A stretch of DNA of 64,000 nucleotides. It comes from Candidatus Tayloriibacteriota bacterium (GTDB lineage: Bacteria; Patescibacteriota; Minisyncoccia; Phycocordibacterales; PALSA-1337). Of this stretch, positions 27,145 through 36,700 are shown piece after piece (within the stretch, counting starts at the first letter, position 1; each line of letters opens with the position of its first letter). The stretch is taken from NCBI GenBank assembly GCA_943354385.1, contig CALRBR010000001.1, positions 2,942-66,941 on the forward strand, given 5' to 3'. The notes under the pieces were generated by a model that worked only from the letters and a program-made list of their open reading frames with translations, made no database searches and was not told the origin of the DNA. A program made the position numbers and the translations under genes.

Positions 27145-28413
27145 TTATGCCCCCAATTTCTTCACGTACTGAACCAATTTTGAAAGTGGTACCGTCTCCT
27201 GTGATCTCGTACTCATATCTCGAACGATCGCAGATCCTTCCATGGCCTCTTTTTTACCAATCAAGATCATGTACGGCGTCTCTATTCGCTCGGCTACTGA
27301 AAACTGCCCAGCCAACTTATCTTTTGAAAGGGCCTGATGCACCATTACATTTTCCTTTCTTAAAATATTGATTACCTCGAGACTAAAGAGCTTTGCTTCA
27401 AATCCTAACTGTACAAAGTATAGGATTGGGCGCTTGATTTTTGCTACCACTTTCTCACGAGCAGGTCTTTTAAGGAGAAGTGAAATACCAACCCCAGAGA
27501 CTTCTTTTTTGAGTCCAATTTTTTTGGCTAGTCCATCATAGCGCACACCGAGTGCGAGTGTTTGACATTCAGGATGTTTCTTTCCTTCCGCGTGACTAAT
27601 TATTTCGAAGATGGTTTCTGAGCAGTATTTTCTATTACCAACCAAATGATGATTGATTTTGTAGGGGATATTTAATTTTTCTAAAAATTCGAGTACCTCT
27701 TTGAAGTGGATACGACTAGGTTCAGAAAGAAAGGTAATAGACTTGGGCGCATCTTCTTTTAGAGCCTCACTTTTTTTATCAGCAAGGCTAATAAGTTCAA
27801 AAACATCTTTTTTGAGCAATTGTCTGCCGTGAGCAGAAAGACCCTCGATATTTTTTCGGTAATAAGCAGTGAGTTCACGGGTAAATTTTGAAATACTTTC
27901 ACGGTCACCAATGCTATTTATCTCAACACACAAATTTTTATAGCCATATTCTTCAAGGATCGCAAGAGCTGTTTTGATTAGAGTTGCCTCGGCAATGCTT
28001 TTTGGATTACCTATAATCTCTAGATCACCATAGCGCGGATATGAATGGCTTTTTTTGCTCAGGGATCCCTTGAAAGGGCCTTTGAAATACATCATCACTG
28101 GCTGCGGCAAGCTGTACATATTTCGGTCAATGTATGTACGTAAGACAGAAATCTTTTCCTCCACATGTAGAGGAAGCAATGCTCCATTTTCACCTTCATT
28201 TTCAACAAAATCACCCTCAAGAAGAGCTTTTGAGTGATCGAGGTCTACTTTTTTTATTTCAGGTGTTTCATTTGGTGTAAAACCATAATGAAGTGCAATA
28301 CTTCCGCCAAGGTCAAGATTTTTATAAGGAAAATATTTCGATTCCTTTTCCATTTTTTGCCTTGGAACGCTCTTTTGCTCTATTTTACCGTGGCGTTGTG
28401 TGTATGGTGACAT
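27145..28413 (-). CDS. hisS: histidine--tRNA ligase
   Basis: RYGDLEIIGNP...VEINSIG (compare E. coli RQFHQLGCEVFG...LELNSIG). GVRYDGL motif 3. C-terminal anticodon-binding domain. The N-terminus is shorter and divergent. Confidence 0.75.
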   Translation of the reverse strand: MSPYTQRHGKIEQKSVPRQKMEKESKYFPYKNLDLGGSIALHYGFTPNETPEIKKVDLDHSKALLEGDFVENEGENGALLPLHVEEKISVLRTYIDRNMYSLPQPVMMYFKGPFKGSLSKKSHSYPRYGDLEIIGNPKSIAEATLIKTALAILEEYGYKNLCVEINSIGDRESISKFTRELTAYYRKNIEGLSAHGRQLLKKDVFELISLADKKSEALKEDAPKSITFLSEPSRIHFKEVLEFLEKLNIPYKINHHLVGNRKYCSETIFEIISHAEGKKHPECQTLALGVRYDGLAKKIGLKKEVSGVGISLLLKRPAREKVVAKIKRPILYFVQLGFEAKLFSLEVINILRKENVMVHQALSKDKLAGQFSVAERIETPYMILIGKKEAMEGSAIVRDMSTRSQETVPLSKLVQYVKKLGA

Positions 28414-28445
28414 GGATGATGTGTGAATAAATGACTGTGAATAAA

Positions 28446-29072
28446 CTACTCTATGTATCGGCCTGGGAATGTATTTACTTTTGTAAATGGAAATAGGCGG
28501 ACGAGCGGTCTACCTATCATAAGATCTCTTTTGACTGGTCCCCAAATGCGTGAGTCAGAGCTTTCTGCACGGTTGTCACCCATTAAAAAATACTCATCAT
28601 CTCCAAGTCTCATAGACATGCTGTCAGATTTTTTGTTGGCCGAGTCGATGTAGGGCTCTTTTAAAAGATGGCCCCTCGGATATTCTGGGCCAGTAACAGT
28701 GACAGCACCGCCCTCGATATTTACGGTCTCTCCAGGCAGACCCACAACCCTTTTGATGTAGAAGCGCTTGGTATCAAGTGGGTACTTAAAAATTACAACC
28801 TCTCCACGTTTAGGTGCGTTAAAATGATAGGATAGCTCGTCAACTATGAGGTATTGGCCATTTAAAAAAGTGGAATCCATTGATGCGCCGGAGACGACGA
28901 ATGGTCCGATGATATAAGTACGGATGAGGAGGACGATGGGCACAGCTATTAACGCAAACTTTAAGAGTTCCTTGAATTCATTTTTTTTCTTTGGTTCAGG
29001 AGTAAGGTTTTGTGGAGCGGAATTTTCTACACTTTCTAAATGATCAAGTTTTTTTTCTGTGAAATTTTCCAT
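28446..29072 (-). CDS. lepB: signal peptidase I
   Basis: GASMDSTF (Ser box) and GDNRAESSDSRIWGPV (box E). The start is moved to MENFTEKK (ATG 29072), because the longer ORF runs across the divergent pth promoter region. Confidence 0.8.
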   Translation of the reverse strand: MENFTEKKLDHLESVENSAPQNLTPEPKKKNEFKELLKFALIAVPIVLLIRTYIIGPFVVSGASMDSTFLNGQYLIVDELSYHFNAPKRGEVVIFKYPLDTKRFYIKRVVGLPGETVNIEGGAVTVTGPEYPRGHLLKEPYIDSANKKSDSMSMRLGDDEYFLMGDNRAESSDSRIWGPVKRDLMIGRPLVRLFPFTKVNTFPGRYIE

Positions 29073-29149
29073 ATTTTTATTTCTAGACCTATTGTATCTT
29101 GCACAGGTGGTTTGACGCAATAGATAGAAGCGATGTACAATGTTTTTAT

Positions 29150-29767
29150 ATGACATATATAATCGTTGGACTCGGAAATCCAGGAGAGGAATACAAAGAC
29201 ACACGGCATAATGCTGGAAGAATGGTGTTGGAGGAGTTTGCGCGAGCGATCGGTGCAGATGATTTTGTGTTTGATAAAAAAAGAAATGCATTGGTTTCAG
29301 AGGGAATGGTTAAAAAAGAAAAAGTAATGCTTTCGTCGCCAGAAACATTTATGAATAAGTCGGGCAGTGCGCTCGGGAAGCTTGTGAAAGTCACAAAGTC
29401 AAAGACATATAAAAAAGGTGTGGCGGGAAATCTAGTGGTGATACACGATGATCTCGACATACCGCTCGGTAAATTCAAAATTTCTTTTAATAAAAGCTCA
29501 GGCGGACACAAGGGTGTGGAGTCTATTATAAAAGCAGTGGGGACGGAGGCTTTTGTACGAGTGCGTATGGGTATTTCTCCAGAGACTGCGGGGGGTAAAT
29601 TAAAGAAGCCGACGGGAGGGGAAGTAGTCGGGGATTTTATTGTGGCACCGTTTAAAAAAGCCGAGCTCGAGCTGATCAAAAAGACCGCAAAAAAGGTGAG
29701 TGAAGGGCTTTCTGTACTAGTAGAGCATGGTCGGGAGAAGGCGATGAGTGAGTTTAATGGGTTGTAA
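29150..29767 (+). CDS. pth: peptidyl-tRNA hydrolase
   Basis: MTYIIVGLGNPGEEYKDTRHNAG matches the Pth N-terminus. The start is moved to ATG 29150. Confidence 0.85.
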   Translation: MTYIIVGLGNPGEEYKDTRHNAGRMVLEEFARAIGADDFVFDKKRNALVSEGMVKKEKVMLSSPETFMNKSGSALGKLVKVTKSKTYKKGVAGNLVVIHDDLDIPLGKFKISFNKSSGGHKGVESIIKAVGTEAFVRVRMGISPETAGGKLKKPTGGEVVGDFIVAPFKKAELELIKKTAKKVSEGLSVLVEHGREKAMSEFNGL

Positions 29768-29822
29768 AAATCCCCCAACAAAAAACCGCCTTTTGGGGCG
29801 GTTTTTTGTTGGGGGATTTTTT
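29766..29822. terminator. bidirectional terminator between pth(+) and rpsA(-)
   Basis: Nested perfect palindrome aaaaatcccccaacaaaaaaccgcc ttttgg ggcggttttttgttgggggattttt. Confidence 0.8.
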
Positions 29823-31035
29823 ATTTCTTCCCTCCCACAAACGACAACGCCATCTTCTGCTCCTTTGGATCAAAGAGAGTGATCTTGAAGCTGTACGTTT
29901 TGCCGAGTTCAAGTGTAGCCTTCATCTTTGCTTCGGTACCAAATTCAGAAATATGGACGAGACCTGCGATACCTTCTTCCACACTCGCGAGCGCGCCGTG
30001 CTTGTTGAATTTGATAATCACACCGTCTACCACACTATCCTTCTTGTACTTTGTTGAAGCCTCTACCCATGGATTTTCCTTGAGGGCTTTGAGTGATAAG
30101 GAGATTTTATTTTCTCTAATCTCTATAATCTTCACCTGCACTTTTTCACCAACTTTAAAGAGCAGTCGTGGGTCCTCCACGAGTGACCAGTTGATCTCCG
30201 AGATGTGCACGAGACCTTCGAGACCTTCTTCGAGCTTTACGAATACTCCAAAGTCCACCATGCCAGTGACAGTCCCTGAAACTTCGTCGCCGATTTTGTA
30301 TTTACCGATGATCTTTTCCTTTTCTTTGTGTTCAGGACTCTTTTCAGAGAAGATGAGCTTGCCTTCTTTTGGTAGTGCAGAAATCATACATACAGAAATC
30401 TTCTGACCTACCATTTTCTTGAGCTCTTCGAGGATTTTATCCTTGTCTCCATCAGCTACGCGAGGGTAGTGCTCAGTTTTGAGCTGAGATGCGGGGAGGA
30501 ATCCGACGATACCTTGCCATGAGATGATGAGACCTCCTTTGTTTGCTTCCTGTACAGGAAGCTCGAGGGCTGTTTTGTTCTTTATCAGCTCTTCTGCCTC
30601 ACTCCAGATGAGCGCTTGCCGAGCTTCCTTGAGGGAAAGTTCGATATAGCCCTCTTTGTTGTCTACGTCGACGACTTTGGCGCTCACTTTGTCGCCAATG
30701 TTCATTTTCTTTACGACATCTCGAGCACTGATGTATTCACGTCCGTAAATAATACCAGTACCGTATGGTGGCAAGTCGATATAGACGCCAGACTTTTCGA
30801 TGGCGATGACAGGACCTTCTACAATATCTCCAATACCTGGAGGGGTAACACTATCACTGACGATTTTTGACATCACAGTGTCCTTCTTGAGACGAAGCTC
30901 TTTTTCGGCTTCGGTTCCCTCATCAGCAACCATCTTTTTTGTCGAGACTTTTTTTGCGACAGTTTTTTCTTCAACTACTTCTTCTACTTTTGTACCTTTA
31001 ATGCCTGCGAGCTTCTCTTTTAATTTTTCTAACAT
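29821..31035 (-). CDS. rpsA: ribosomal protein bS1 (four S1 domains)
   Basis: Repeated S1 OB-fold units (GDIVEGPVIAIEKSGVYIDL, GQKISVCMISALPKEGKLIFSEK, etc.). Confidence 0.85.
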   Translation of the reverse strand: MLEKLKEKLAGIKGTKVEEVVEEKTVAKKVSTKKMVADEGTEAEKELRLKKDTVMSKIVSDSVTPPGIGDIVEGPVIAIEKSGVYIDLPPYGTGIIYGREYISARDVVKKMNIGDKVSAKVVDVDNKEGYIELSLKEARQALIWSEAEELIKNKTALELPVQEANKGGLIISWQGIVGFLPASQLKTEHYPRVADGDKDKILEELKKMVGQKISVCMISALPKEGKLIFSEKSPEHKEKEKIIGKYKIGDEVSGTVTGMVDFGVFVKLEEGLEGLVHISEINWSLVEDPRLLFKVGEKVQVKIIEIRENKISLSLKALKENPWVEASTKYKKDSVVDGVIIKFNKHGALASVEEGIAGLVHISEFGTEAKMKATLELGKTYSFKITLFDPKEQKMALSFVGGKK

Positions 31036-31180
31036 GTTTTTAGGGCAAATGCTCCGCTTTTTATTTAAAACAAGCCCGATTGGTATGTTTTATTGCTAAT
31101 AATCAAATGTGCGGGGTTACATCTACCGGTTGTTAATAACAGGAGGAGTATATACTAAAAGTGGGGGGATGTCTATGATA

Positions 31181-31490
31181 GCGATTTTAGCAAAACTCGC
31201 TACAGGCCAAGAGCTAGGTTCCAACGGCTCAACAGGCCTGTTGAGCCGTTGAGCGCTCCTATACTGAGCCGTTTTGACAAAATAGCTAATCCCCCCGAAA
31301 ATCAGTAGATTTTCGGGGGGAGGAATTTCGAGAAACAGGGTTTATGTGGTCGCTTCACCCCATTGGCCAACAGCTTAGGGGATACCTCGGTGTATAGGAG
31401 CCACGACGGTGGCGGACATACTGAGCTCAACAGAGCTAAGTGCTCGATTTATATAGTCGTTTCGCTCCTTATAAATCGAGGACATAAATC
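31181..31490. repeat. composite repeat block: GGCTCAACGG/CCCCGAAAATC-hairpin family copy (31181-31321) followed by a family C copy in reverse orientation (31325-31490)
   Basis: ttagcaaaactcgctaca, ggctcaacaggcctgttgagcc, ccccccgaaaatcagtagattttcgggggg. The reverse complement of 31440-31490 matches family C. Confidence 0.75.
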
Positions 31491-32192
31491 CTAAATATTC
31501 CTTCTTTTCTTCAAATACGCCAGCCAAAAGTTGCGTTTGTAGCTTTGATTATTGAACCTCGTATACTGAGTACTTTTTTCGAGTGATTGAATAGTAAAAA
31601 GAGGTGAGTAGGTGGCAAGAAAATCTTCGCGACTCCAGACTCTTTCGAAAAGATCGAGCTCCGGCATGTAATAGGTCTCTGGCTCTGGCCCAGGACTCTG
31701 TTTTAAAAGATTCTTTGCATTTTCATCTCCATCTTTGCAGAGGGCGCGGACAAAAAAGTGACCACCAGGGGCGAGGACACGATGACATTCTTTTAGATAG
31801 ATAGAGCGCTCACTTTGGTCGAGAGAGTTGGAGGAGGTGATATCGAGAAGGACATCGAAAGAGTGGTCGGTAAATGGATACGGTGCGCCAATAGAGTGCT
31901 TGAGAAAAGTGATAGATGAGATAGGGAGCCCGAGCTCGCGTACGCGAGCTCGGGCCTTTTCGATAGCTGTATCAGCGATCTCCATGCCCGTTACGATAGC
32001 TCCATGCTCAGCTAGGTAGACACTATTTTTACCTCCACCCGAGCCGAGGTCGAGGACCCGTAGTCCATCTAGATTTACCTTTTCTTCTTTTCTCAAGAAC
32101 CTCACAAAATCTTTCACGCACGTCTGAGGCTCGTCACCGCCGGTGACGAGTTTTGGTTTGCGATATTCTTTTTCCCAAGCCTTTTCTTGCAT
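31491..32192 (-). CDS. class I SAM-dependent methyltransferase
   Basis: VLDLGSGGGKNSVYLAEHGAIVTGMEI (motif I, GxGxG) and a post-I acidic residue. Confidence 0.6.
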   Translation of the reverse strand: MQEKAWEKEYRKPKLVTGGDEPQTCVKDFVRFLRKEEKVNLDGLRVLDLGSGGGKNSVYLAEHGAIVTGMEIADTAIEKARARVRELGLPISSITFLKHSIGAPYPFTDHSFDVLLDITSSNSLDQSERSIYLKECHRVLAPGGHFFVRALCKDGDENAKNLLKQSPGPEPETYYMPELDLFERVWSREDFLATYSPLFTIQSLEKSTQYTRFNNQSYKRNFWLAYLKKRRNI

Positions 32193-32242
32193 GTGTTTGT
32201 TGCTAGATTTACGAGGTACGATTCATGATTCACGAATAATTC

Positions 32243-32350
32243 AAAATCCTCCACCTGGAGTACCAGGCACCTCCTTTAAAAAAGGAGGAATGGGGATGGA
32301 TTATTCTCCCTTGGTAAAGGGAGTACCCGTAGGGGGAGGGATTTCTCTAT
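32243..32350. repeat. modular hairpin repeat cluster R6
   Basis: aaaatcctccacctggagtaccaggcacctcctttaaaaaaggagg...attctcccttggtaaagggag...gggagggatttc. Confidence 0.7.
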
Positions 32351-32428
32351 TCATGAATCTTGAATCGTAAATCATGAATCTGTTCAAGTATTCTTGAATC
32401 TCCTTCCATTTCTGCTATACTGTACCGC

Positions 32429-33064
32429 ATGATTATAACACATCACGGTGGCGAGTTTTTCAAAGTGCAGTTTGGCGACATCACGCTCGCGCTCAATCCG
32501 ATTTCCAAAGATTCAAAATTAAAGCCAAGTCGCTTTGGTGCGGATATCGCTTTGGTGACGACTAATCACCCCGATTTCAATGGTACCGATCAGGTAGCAC
32601 ACGGAGATAAAGAGCCTTTTGTGATTTCTGGTCCCGGAGAATATGAGACCAAGGGCGTTTTTATCAAAGGCTTTCTTTCCTCATCCGAATACGGGGGTGA
32701 AAAAAAGGTCAACACTATTTATTCTATTGCACTTGAGGGAATGAATATTTGTTTTCTCGGAGCACTAACGTCAAAGGATTTGAAAAGCGAGACTAAGGAG
32801 GCGTTTGATGAAATAGATGTTCTTTTTGTGCCGATCGGAGGTGCGGGGGTGCTCGCCCCAGCAGATGCTTACAAGCTCGCTGTGTCACTCGAGCCCAAAC
32901 TCATCATACCAATGAACTACGAAAGTGCTGGAGACAAAGATGCACTTAAACATTTCCTAAAAGAGGCGGGGGAAAATCCAGCTCCGGTGGAAAAGCTAAC
33001 CCTGAAGAAAAAAGACCTCGATGGCAAAGAGTGTGATGTGATTGTTCTTAGTTCGGTTGTTTGA
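32429..33064 (+). CDS. MBL-fold (metallo-beta-lactamase superfamily) hydrolase-like protein
   Basis: 211 aa. MIITHHGGEFFKV...VTTNHPDFNG and a general MBL-fold topology. The assignment is tentative. Confidence 0.45.
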   Translation: MIITHHGGEFFKVQFGDITLALNPISKDSKLKPSRFGADIALVTTNHPDFNGTDQVAHGDKEPFVISGPGEYETKGVFIKGFLSSSEYGGEKKVNTIYSIALEGMNICFLGALTSKDLKSETKEAFDEIDVLFVPIGGAGVLAPADAYKLAVSLEPKLIIPMNYESAGDKDALKHFLKEAGENPAPVEKLTLKKKDLDGKECDVIVLSSVV

Positions 33065-33099
33065 TATAATTTAGGTACTGTCACTAATATATTATTCTC

Positions 33100-33313
33100 C
33101 CTTTTTTAAAGGGAGCACCGCTAGTACTCTAGCGTGGAGGGATTTGAAATCCAAAATCCTCCGTCTCGAGTACGAGCCACCTCCTTTAGAAAAGGAGGAA
33201 TAAATCCCTCGACTAACGTCTGCTGAGTCGATCGTTTATGATCGACACCTGTAGACGGGCACATCGGTAGATGATGTGCACTTGTAGACAGCCTTTAGGA
33301 AAGGGAGAATAAG
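33100..33313. repeat. modular hairpin repeat cluster R2 (all five module types)
   Basis: attctcccttttttaaagggag, ggagggatttgaaatccaaaatcctcc, cctcctttagaaaaggagg, gtcgatcgtttatgatcgacacctgtagacgg, catcggtagatgatgtgcacttgtagac, ending in aaagggagaataag. Confidence 0.8.
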
Positions 33314-33341
33314 AAAAACACATCCTTAAATCTATCAAAAC

Positions 33342-33605
33342 ATGCTCCACAATCTTCGTCAAAAAACAGAATATCAAAAGAGAAAAATCGCAGTAGTGAC
33401 ATCTATTTTGGTCACAGGGGTTATTTTTGTATTCTGGATTTCTAGCACAATTCATTCTTTCTCGGCACTGGATGCTGAACCAGGTGAAGTAGCTGTTGTT
33501 TCAGAAAGCCCATTTAATATGGTCAAAGAAAATATTGCTTCGGTGTACGAAAGTATGACAAAAGAGGTGGTGAAGGTGAAACAACAGATTTTGAAAGAAG
33601 AGTAG
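33342..33605 (+). CDS. hypothetical small membrane-anchored protein (upstream partner of the giant gene)
   Basis: 87 aa with an N-terminal TM helix (VVTSILVTGVIFVFWISSTI). Confidence 0.4.
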   Translation: MLHNLRQKTEYQKRKIAVVTSILVTGVIFVFWISSTIHSFSALDAEPGEVAVVSESPFNMVKENIASVYESMTKEVVKVKQQILKEE

Positions 33606-33647
33606 TTTTTGAATAGGGGTAAAAAGTTTGTCGAGTATTGATTAAAA

Positions 33648-33694
33648 TAACTACAGCCCTAAAATTTTCAGTAGAAAATTTTAGGGCTGTAGTT
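33648..33694. promoter_or_regulatory. perfect 20-bp-stem hairpin in the leader or promoter region of the giant gene
   Basis: aactacagccctaaaattttc agtaga gaaaattttagggctgtagtt. No T-tract follows. tatataat lies 12 nt upstream of ATG 33746. Confidence 0.5.
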
Positions 33695-33745
33695 ATCCAC
33701 ACATACACACAGACTTTTCCTATTATTAGGTATATAATTGTACCT

Positions 33746-36700
33746 ATGCGTTTAGCAAAGTTATTTTTTGCTTCTATCCTTTTTATTTTCGGCTCGTTGT
33801 TTTTTGTATCTACGGCATCGGCGCAGTCTTTTCAGAATCCTCTTCTGTTTGTTCCATTCGAATTGGATTATGTCGACTATAGCTCCAATAAGCTCTATAG
33901 CAACTGGTTTACAGGAGGAGCTCCGGCCGACATTGATACAAGTATAAAAAAATTCGGTTCCGCTTCCGGCCATTTTCCAGCTACGGGAATAGATAGGGAG
34001 ATGTTATACAAAAGCCCTAATTTTGATTTCTCTAATCAAGATTTCACCATCGATTTCTGGTGGTATCCAACCACCCAAAGCGTGGGTTTTTTTAATAAAC
34101 CACTACTTTCTTTTTGGGATCTCAATGGAAGTGGTGGCATCAATAATGTTAAGTGGGCTTTAATCTATTTTAGTGAATATGATTTTTTTGCGGTGGTTGA
34201 TTACAATAAGGGAGTAATTCTACGTTCGATTGATAGTGGTGGACTATTAAATTTTAACCAATGGAATCATATATCTGTACAATGGAAGCAGGGGACAGGG
34301 GGTACCGATGGTGGCAGTGGGCTGGGTATTTCTATAAATGGCAAGATGCGTTCGTCAAACTCTTTTTATAACAATGGCATGATCCCGTCTGGGGTGGGTG
34401 CTATGGTGGTTGGAGACAGTGGTTCATCCTGGCCACGCGTCGATTATTATCTGGATGAACTTCGTGTTACAAAAGGTACAGCTCTATGGGGAAGCGTCGC
34501 CAATCAGAACGGTTCCTTTACCACTCCATCTATTAATGATTATCCAAAAATTGAAAACAAGACAGCGGAATCTGTTATAAGTACTACCGCTACACCCATG
34601 GTTCAAGGTACCATACCTCTTCTACTCGCGCATTTTGATAATAATTATTATGATAATAGTATAAATAATATTTACAGCAATTGGTTTATTGGCGGGGGAC
34701 CGTCTGAGATTGATTCGGCTATAAAAAAGTTTGGGATTGGGTCGGGACATTTTTCTGCAACAGGAATAGATAAGGAGAATCTATACCAAGACCCTCGGTT
34801 AGACCTTGCGAGCGGCGATTTTACTGTAGATTTCTGGTGGCGTCCGACAGGTGATTTGACTAGCTTTAATAAAATCCTATTGAGTTTTTGGGGTCTTGAT
34901 GCAAATAGTCTCATAAAAGATCGGAAGTGGTATCTAAAATATGACGGGAGTGGGGCGAACCCAGGTTTTGAAGTGGTTAATGATCAGGGTAGAATGCTTC
35001 GCTGGATGGGTAGCGATTCGCTTTTGAAGGTCAACGAATGGAATCATATTTCTCTACAAAAGAAACAGGGATCAGGGGGTAGTGATGGTGGTAGTGGTCT
35101 CGGTCTTTCTATCAATGGATATATGCGACCGTCCAATTCTTTCTATAACTACGGCACCCTTCCAGGAGGGGTTGGTGCGATGGTCCTAGGGTATAAAGAT
35201 ACAAGTTTCCCGAGAGTTGATTACTATATTGACGAACTTCGTGTCACAAAAGGTACAGCTCTCTGGGGGAATGTTAGTAATCAGAATGGTTACTTTGCTC
35301 CGCCCACAAAAGGTGATTATTCCAATCTAGTAGTAGATCAAAATAAAGTAACTACTCCTGTCGCTGGTCATATTGATACGCATACTGTCTCCCTTGGTAA
35401 CACCACTGATACTACTGAATCAAATGTTGCCTATTCTGCATGCCCTCCTGGATCGACCAGGCCATCTACACGCGAAGAGTATTTGATCAAACTCGACGGC
35501 ACCCCAAAGTTCACGAGCTATCTTGATATAAACAATAAGCTGATCTGTACGACGTATTGGGCAGGTAATGCGACAACCACTACCAGTAGTAAGCTAAAGC
35601 GTTTTGAGTACGATACTGATGGTCAGATCGCTCGAGAGATCTATTATGGTTTGGACGGTGCAAGTATTACTGATGTGGTGACTTATTTTTCAAAATCTGC
35701 CGGAGGTGCTCGTCAAAAGGAGATTCAAAATCGAAGCGGTACCGAATATTACAAGCGCTACTCGACTACCGGCAGACTTCTCTATGAGCACGAATATAAA
35801 AATAGTCAGTATGTAGTGTCGCGTAACTTTACGTATGATGGGGCAGGTAGACTCGCAAGCGAACTTATCTTTAACTCATCGGTTCAATATGAAAAAGTCG
35901 TTTATATACGAAATGGCAGTGGAGTCGTAACACAGACAGATAGTTACAGAGCGTATGCACCGATAGGTACAGATACGGCAAATTATGTCCACACCACCTC
36001 TACCTACGCAGGTACGGTGGTGACAGGTATTACTCGTACTTATTTCAATAAAGATGCTGGCTCACCGACGGCTTTGCGCACTGAAATAGCCCGATATAAT
36101 ACTTCCGGTGTAGCGATAGATCAGAGGACATTTGACTACGCTCAAAATAAACAAAAGTTGAGTACCTACATCACTACTGGCACAGCATCATTGCTTGGGC
36201 GACTGAAGACAGACGAGGAGTGGTCTACTGTGGATTATTCATACGCCTCATCTTCTCTTGCGTATAACACGACTACCGGCGAGCTCCTTTCTTGGACTAA
36301 AACCAACTATGACGATATGAGTGCTCAGGGCGCAAAAGCTGGATACTACGGGAAAAAATACACGGTGTATAACCCTAAAACAGGCTTACCCAAAACGGAG
36401 GATTTTATTGACTACTATTTACCTAGCTTAAATTGGAAACAATCCAACTCTGTTAAGTATGATGAAAAAGGTTTGGTGGATGCACGTCGGGTTCATCAGT
36501 ACAGAGATTCTGCTGCTGCAAGATTTAACTACATATCTACAGTATATTCAAAAGACGGGCTCATAAATGCGATTTCAAAGTATGACGATGTGACTGGTAA
36601 TGTTCTTTCTAACGAAACATATTATGGAAATGGCGAGCCTTGGTATCTTCAAAAATATAAGTACAATACTGCCGCTGGCCAATACGAAGTCAGTTCTTTC

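Noticed and set aside
33638-33745. Start of the giant gene at 33638
   Set aside because: These 108 nt contain the perfect palindrome, which translates identically on both strands. The obvious signal peptide starts at Met 33746.
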